Below are positions 38,044 through 42,074 of a stretch of 42,074 nt of DNA, piece by piece (the first letter of the stretch is position 1; the number at the start of each line of letters is the position of its first letter). The notes beneath the pieces are model-generated. The model searched no databases and was not told the DNA's origin. It saw only the letters and a program-made list of their open reading frames with translations. The position numbers and the translations under genes are program-made. The DNA comes from Patescibacteria group bacterium (GTDB taxonomy: Bacteria > Patescibacteriota > Saccharimonadia > CAILAD01 > BJGX01): NCBI GenBank assembly GCA_009691555.1, contig SICB01000001.1, forward strand, positions 1-42,074, given 5' to 3'.

Positions 38044-38874
38044 TTACTGCTTGGCTGGTTTTTCAAAACCGAGTATTAGGTAGCTTTCAGAAAACAGAGC
38101 TAGCCCGGCTTGGTTGGCGAGCAGTTTTAATTGATCATGTTGCCAGGGGTCAGATTCGTGTAATACGATCGAGTCGGCCGTGGTGTGAGTAGATAAATCA
38201 GCATAAAAACGCCGGTAGAGGTCTAGCCCATCACCTTCGCCACCAAAGAGAGCCACAGCAGGCTCTTTTTGAACCTCAGGCTTCATATTGGGCAAGTAGC
38301 TTTTAGATACATAGGGCAGGTTGGTGACGATTGTATCAAATTGTCCCACGACGCCAGCCCAGACATCAGCTTTAATGAATTTTATTTTATTACTCGCACC
38401 AAGTATTGAGCTGGCATTGCGCTTGGCGACTTGCATAGCCTCGCCAGACACTTCGGTAGCTGTAATCAATAAATCGGGGCGGTGCTTGACAATGGCAATC
38501 GCAATAGCGCCACTACCGGTGCCGAGGTCTATTAGCTTTGAGCCAGGCTTGGCAAGCTCAATGGCTTGCTCAACAATTAGCTCGGTCTCGACTCGTGGCG
38601 ACAAGACTCTATTGTCGACAAAAAAATCGATACCATAAAACTCCAGTTGGTTGGTAATATAGCAAACTGGTTCGCGGTCGAGCCTGCGCACTATGGCGAG
38701 CTCGTAGCGCTCAGCCTGAAGCTTGGTTAGTTCGTCTTGGTCGTGGGCTATTAGCCACTCTCGGTTTTGCTTTAGGCAGTGGGCGAGCAGTAGCTCGCTA
38801 TCGAGTCGGGCGCTACTAATACCAATGCCATCTAGCCGCCGCTCGGCTGCTACTAGCGACCGACGGATTGTCAT
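38044..38874 (-). CDS. prmC: Release factor glutamine methyltransferase
   Basis: [22 protein letters not shown]; downstream of prfA. Confidence 0.93.
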   Translation of the reverse strand: MTIRRSLVAAERRLDGIGISSARLDSELLLAHCLKQNREWLIAHDQDELTKLQAERYELAIVRRLDREPVCYITNQLEFYGIDFFVDNRVLSPRVETELIVEQAIELAKPGSKLIDLGTGSGAIAIAIVKHRPDLLITATEVSGEAMQVAKRNASSILGASNKIKFIKADVWAGVVGQFDTIVTNLPYVSKSYLPNMKPEVQKEPAVALFGGEGDGLDLYRRFYADLSTHTTADSIVLHESDPWQHDQLKLLANQAGLALFSESYLILGFEKPAKQ

Positions 38875-39938
38875 GTCTGCTCGGAGAGTATTTTATCGAC
38901 CGAAGCATTTTTAAGGGCTGTCAGGATTTCGCCGATACCACCATCCATTACTTTGTTGAGGTTATGAGTCGTGTAGCCTATGCGGTGGTCTGTGACGCGG
39001 TCTTGCGGAAAGTTATAAGTGCGGATTTTTTCGCTTCTATCGCCAGTGCCGATTTGACCACGGCGTTCGTCGCCGAGTTTTTGGGCGTCGGCTTGGGCCT
39101 GAGCATCGAGTAGTCGCGAGCGCAGCACGCTCATCGCCTTAAGCTTATTTTTGAGTTGCGATTTTTCATCTTGGCAAGTTACTACAATACCACTTGGCAT
39201 GTGAGTAATCCGCACCGCGCTGTCGGTGGTATTAACACTCTGTCCGCCATTGCCGGAGCTGCGAAAAACATCAATCCGCAAATCGTTTTGGCTAATTTCA
39301 ATATCGTGTTCCTCGGCTTCTGGCAGTACGGCAACGGTAGCGGTGCTGGTATGAATACGCCCCGCGCTTTCGGTGGCCGGCACGCGCTGCACGCGGTGCA
39401 CGCCCGACTCGTATTTGAGCGTCCCGTAGGCATTGGCTCCGCCAATTTGGGCAATAACTTCTTTGTAGCCACCGACGGGGTTGGGGTTTTCGCTTAGCAG
39501 GCTCAGCTTTAGCCCATGATCCTCGCAGTAGCGGGCGTACATTCTGAGTAAGTCGCCAGCAAAAATACTGCTCTCGTCGCCACCAGCGCCAGCTCGGATT
39601 TCGACAATGGCGTCTTTTTGGTCGTTCGGGTCGGTCGGTACTAAGGCTAGCTTAACGCTGGCATCAAGCTCTTCTAATAGGGCTCCGAGCCGTGCTATCT
39701 CCTCAGTGGCAAAGGCCTTCATCTCAGGATCATTAAGCATCGCTGTGGCCGTCTGGAGGTCGTCTTGGGCGGCAATCACCTTTTCAAACAGCGATAGCTT
39801 TTCGAGCAGCTCGCGCTGTCTATTAATTAGCTGCCCAGACTTCGGGCTAGCGTATATTTTGGCATCCCCAAGCTGACTCTCTAGGGCAGATAGCTCGTTT
39901 TTGATATTTTCAGTAGTCTTGGTATCGATGATGTTCAT
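38871..39938 (-). CDS. prfA: Peptide chain release factor 1
   Basis: [11 protein letters not shown] (PxT), GGQ, RTYNFPQ motifs. Confidence 0.97.
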   Translation of the reverse strand: MNIIDTKTTENIKNELSALESQLGDAKIYASPKSGQLINRQRELLEKLSLFEKVIAAQDDLQTATAMLNDPEMKAFATEEIARLGALLEELDASVKLALVPTDPNDQKDAIVEIRAGAGGDESSIFAGDLLRMYARYCEDHGLKLSLLSENPNPVGGYKEVIAQIGGANAYGTLKYESGVHRVQRVPATESAGRIHTSTATVAVLPEAEEHDIEISQNDLRIDVFRSSGNGGQSVNTTDSAVRITHMPSGIVVTCQDEKSQLKNKLKAMSVLRSRLLDAQAQADAQKLGDERRGQIGTGDRSEKIRTYNFPQDRVTDHRIGYTTHNLNKVMDGGIGEILTALKNASVDKILSEQT

Positions 39939-39948
39939 AAGTAAAATA

Positions 39949-39978
39949 AATAATACCCTTATATTATAGGGTATTATT
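39949..39978 (-). terminator. Hairpin between rpmE and prfA, probable terminator
   Basis: Perfect 11-bp inverted repeat AATAATACCCT/AGGGTATTATT with T-rich tail on the minus strand. Confidence 0.6.
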
Positions 39979-39994
39979 GCGTGTTAGTATTAAT

Positions 39995-40390
39995 TTATTG
40001 GTCAGAAGATTCGGTTTTTGGTGCAGCTTCGGCTTCGGTTTGCGGCTTCGTTTCAGGGGTTTTGATGGCCTTAGCGGCTTTTTTGGCTGGCTTAGCGGCT
40101 TCAACTTTGTTTTGCGATTTAGCAATTTTAGCTTCTTGGCGCTTGGCGGCCTTCACAGCTTTTTTGCCCAAGGTCTGTTTTTTAGATTTGGCAGCCTCAG
40201 TACGAGCTCTAAACTGGTCAACCCGCCCAGCAGTATCTACAAGCTTTTGCTTGCCAGTATAAAACGGGTGGCACTGACTACAGACATCAACAGTTATTTC
40301 TGCGACTGTAGATGTGCTTTCAAAAGTGTCCCCGCAACCAAGGCAGGCGACTTTTGTAGGTATTAATTTGGGGTGGATTCCAGTTTTCAT
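39995..40390 (-). CDS. rpmE: 50S ribosomal protein L31 (Zn-type) with Lys/Ala-rich C-terminal extension
   Basis: [27 protein letters not shown] motifs. Confidence 0.95.
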   Translation of the reverse strand: MKTGIHPKLIPTKVACLGCGDTFESTSTVAEITVDVCSQCHPFYTGKQKLVDTAGRVDQFRARTEAAKSKKQTLGKKAVKAAKRQEAKIAKSQNKVEAAKPAKKAAKAIKTPETKPQTEAEAAPKTESSDQ

Positions 40391-40439
40391 AACCAGACAA
40401 TAGTATCAGATAATCGCCTCTAGGTCAAACCAAAAAAAC

Positions 40440-40820
40440 CTAGGCAGTGGCCTTGCCCAGCTTTGCCGATAGCAGTAGCTGCCTGGTTTCGCCGGTGTCG
40501 TCTGTGACCTCGGTTTTTTGGGTTTCATTATAGTAGCTTAGAAGGTAGTGGCTTAAGATTTCTTGGAGGTCTTTGCTTTTGAGCTTCTCGTCGTCGAGGT
40601 CGGCGTTGATTTTTTGAAAATCACGATCAGCCAACAGCAGTTTTTTGGCCTCAGCGCGCTTTCCCGATAGCTCCTTGATTTCTTCTTCAAGTTTTTTGTA
40701 CTCCTCGTTTTGCTCCATAGCATCCTTGAGCTGCTCGCGGATGGTTCTGATTTTTTCTTTCGACTGGGCTATTTCTGGCATTAGTCGGTGTATCGATTGT
40801 AGTGGTGTTTTGTCTTCCAT
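40440..40820 (-). CDS. Hypothetical coiled-coil protein
   Basis: AAGGAG SD and TATAAT upstream; charged heptad pattern. Confidence 0.75.
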   Translation of the reverse strand: MEDKTPLQSIHRLMPEIAQSKEKIRTIREQLKDAMEQNEEYKKLEEEIKELSGKRAEAKKLLLADRDFQKINADLDDEKLKSKDLQEILSHYLLSYYNETQKTEVTDDTGETRQLLLSAKLGKATA

Positions 40821-40943
40821 TTTTCTCCTTGTTTGGGTATTTAAGTATTAACCATTATAGCGACTGTTTGGTATTTGGCTAGTGCTTAATTTAAATAAAT
40901 AATAAAAATAGTTGTCAGCAAACAACCAAACCAAACCAAAGCG

Positions 40944-41639
40944 CTATTTACGGGCTTGGGCGTTGCGGGCGATTTCCATAATCGTATCTTCGTCGTCGGT
41001 GATGGTATATAGGCTCATGTCGTTCTCGTCGATGGTACCGGCAGGCAGCATCAGGCCGTGGTGCATATGCCTATCGAGTGTTTCCCAAAAGTACGCTCCA
41101 ACACAGACAATCGGCACCCTGTGTATTTTACCGGTCTGAACCAGCGTTAAAATTTCATAAAACTCGTCCATGGTACCAAGGCCGCCCGGGAAATAAATAT
41201 ACATGCGGGAGGCAAAACTCAGCGTCACTTTGCGCGTAAAGAAGTACCGAAAGGGAATTAGCTGGGTAACATAGGGGTTAGTAATTTGCTCATTAGGGAG
41301 CTTAATATTGAGCCCCAGCGAATTGCCACCGGCCTCCTTGGCCCCACGGTTGGCGGCCTCCATGATGCCGCCGGCGCCACCTGTTACTATGGTATAGTCA
41401 AGCTCCTTGACGAGCCTGCCAGCCAAGCTCATGGCTTTTTTGTACTCCGGATGGCTGTCATCAAAACGTGCCGAACCAAAAAAGCTAACCTTTTTGGGGT
41501 AGTGGCTAATGAGCTCTAGACCCTGGGTTATTTCTTCGTTGATCCGGCAAACTCGTTCGCTATTTTCGTCAGTATTTTTTAGCTGGCAAGATTGTTGGAT
41601 TTCGTCTATCGTTAGCGGATCAAAGTCTCTATTGTGCAT
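40944..41639 (-). CDS. LOG family protein (TIGR00730-like)
   Basis: FFGSAR, TGGAGGIMEAAN, FPGGLGTMDE motifs. Confidence 0.92.
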   Translation of the reverse strand: MHNRDFDPLTIDEIQQSCQLKNTDENSERVCRINEEITQGLELISHYPKKVSFFGSARFDDSHPEYKKAMSLAGRLVKELDYTIVTGGAGGIMEAANRGAKEAGGNSLGLNIKLPNEQITNPYVTQLIPFRYFFTRKVTLSFASRMYIYFPGGLGTMDEFYEILTLVQTGKIHRVPIVCVGAYFWETLDRHMHHGLMLPAGTIDENDMSLYTITDDEDTIMEIARNAQARK

Positions 41640-41791
41640 ATGCTATTTATTGTAACGCTTTTGCTTATAAAAGGGCAACTAGTATTGCCAAAAGTACCGC
41701 TAGTTATTGCCACCAATAGGCTAGTTTTGGGCTCTACATAAGCTGTTTTAGTTGTTTGTTTGTGCTTTGTTCGTCTTATAAGGTACAAACA

Positions 41792-41840
41792 GCGCCAGAC
41801 CTAGTGTTACCCTGATATTGTGCTACGCTACAGGTAGCGT
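41792..41840. promoter_or_regulatory. Candidate NrdR-box-like sites
   Basis: 16-mers GCGCCAGACCTAGTGT (41792), TACCCTGATATTGTGC (41808) and inverted repeat ACGCTACAGGTAGCGT (41825) partly match acaCwAtATaTwGtgt. Confidence 0.45.
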
Positions 41841-41935
41841 CAAAAAAAGTATGCCAAACACTATTTACAAACCAATTATGCCTATAGTATGATAGGTACA
41901 TACATCAAAAAATAAACAAGGAGGGTTAAGTACCG

Positions 41936-42046
41936 ATGCCAGAGAAGTCAAAAATATCAGGCTCCATTAAAGAAGATGATTGGGATAAGCCAATGACCTG
42001 CCCAATCGACCCAAGCGATCTCGCCGAGTGCGAGGCCTGCCAATAG
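41936..42046 (+). CDS. 36-aa microprotein resembling a ribonucleotide reductase C-terminal redox tail
   Basis: AAGGAGG SD (41918-41924), TTTACA-18-TATGAT promoter candidate; MPEKSKISGSIKEDDWDKPMTCPIDPSDLAECEACQ. Confidence 0.75.
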   Translation: MPEKSKISGSIKEDDWDKPMTCPIDPSDLAECEACQ

Positions 42047-42074
42047 TTATCTAGTATTTAGCTAATAAAAAGCC

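Noticed and set aside
38310..38325. PrmC NLPY instead of NPPY as a sign of inactivation
   Set aside because: The rest of the enzyme and its prfA linkage are intact; likely a tolerated variant
1..42074. Alternative genetic code 25 (TGA=Gly)
   Set aside because: Genes are intact under code 11, and TGA ends hisS, secD and others at the expected positions

Overview
Housekeeping region of a small-genome bacterium, most consistent with Patescibacteria/CPR, probably Saccharibacteria-like (inference from compact gene order and short IF2). TGA is used as stop, so genetic code 11 applies. Genes: rpsA, ylxR, infB, rbfA, lnt, a receiver protein, fmt, def, priA, secDF, recJ, hisS, rpsU, yqeY, ybeY, dgkA, adk, map, ftsAZ, nrdR, ileS, rodA, a thermonuclease, a heliorhodopsin, a RecD-like helicase, trxB, a lipase, rplU, parAB, lepB, an LCP protein, prmC, prfA, rpmE and a LOG protein. 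Most notable: (1) an unannotated 36-aa ORF resembling a free-standing ribonucleotide reductase C-terminal redox tail (...CPIDPSDLAECEACQ) with NrdR-box-like sites upstream; (2) a dispersed 152-bp rod-like hairpin element placed exactly 13 nt after an ACTTTTG-N4-CAAAAGT palindrome, at two loci; (3) an ileS T-box with actinobacterial-type ultrashort Stem I; (4) a heliorhodopsin lacking the conserved TM1 His; (5) pervasive leaderless-type gene starts. No CRISPR array, tRNA, rRNA or transposase was recognised.
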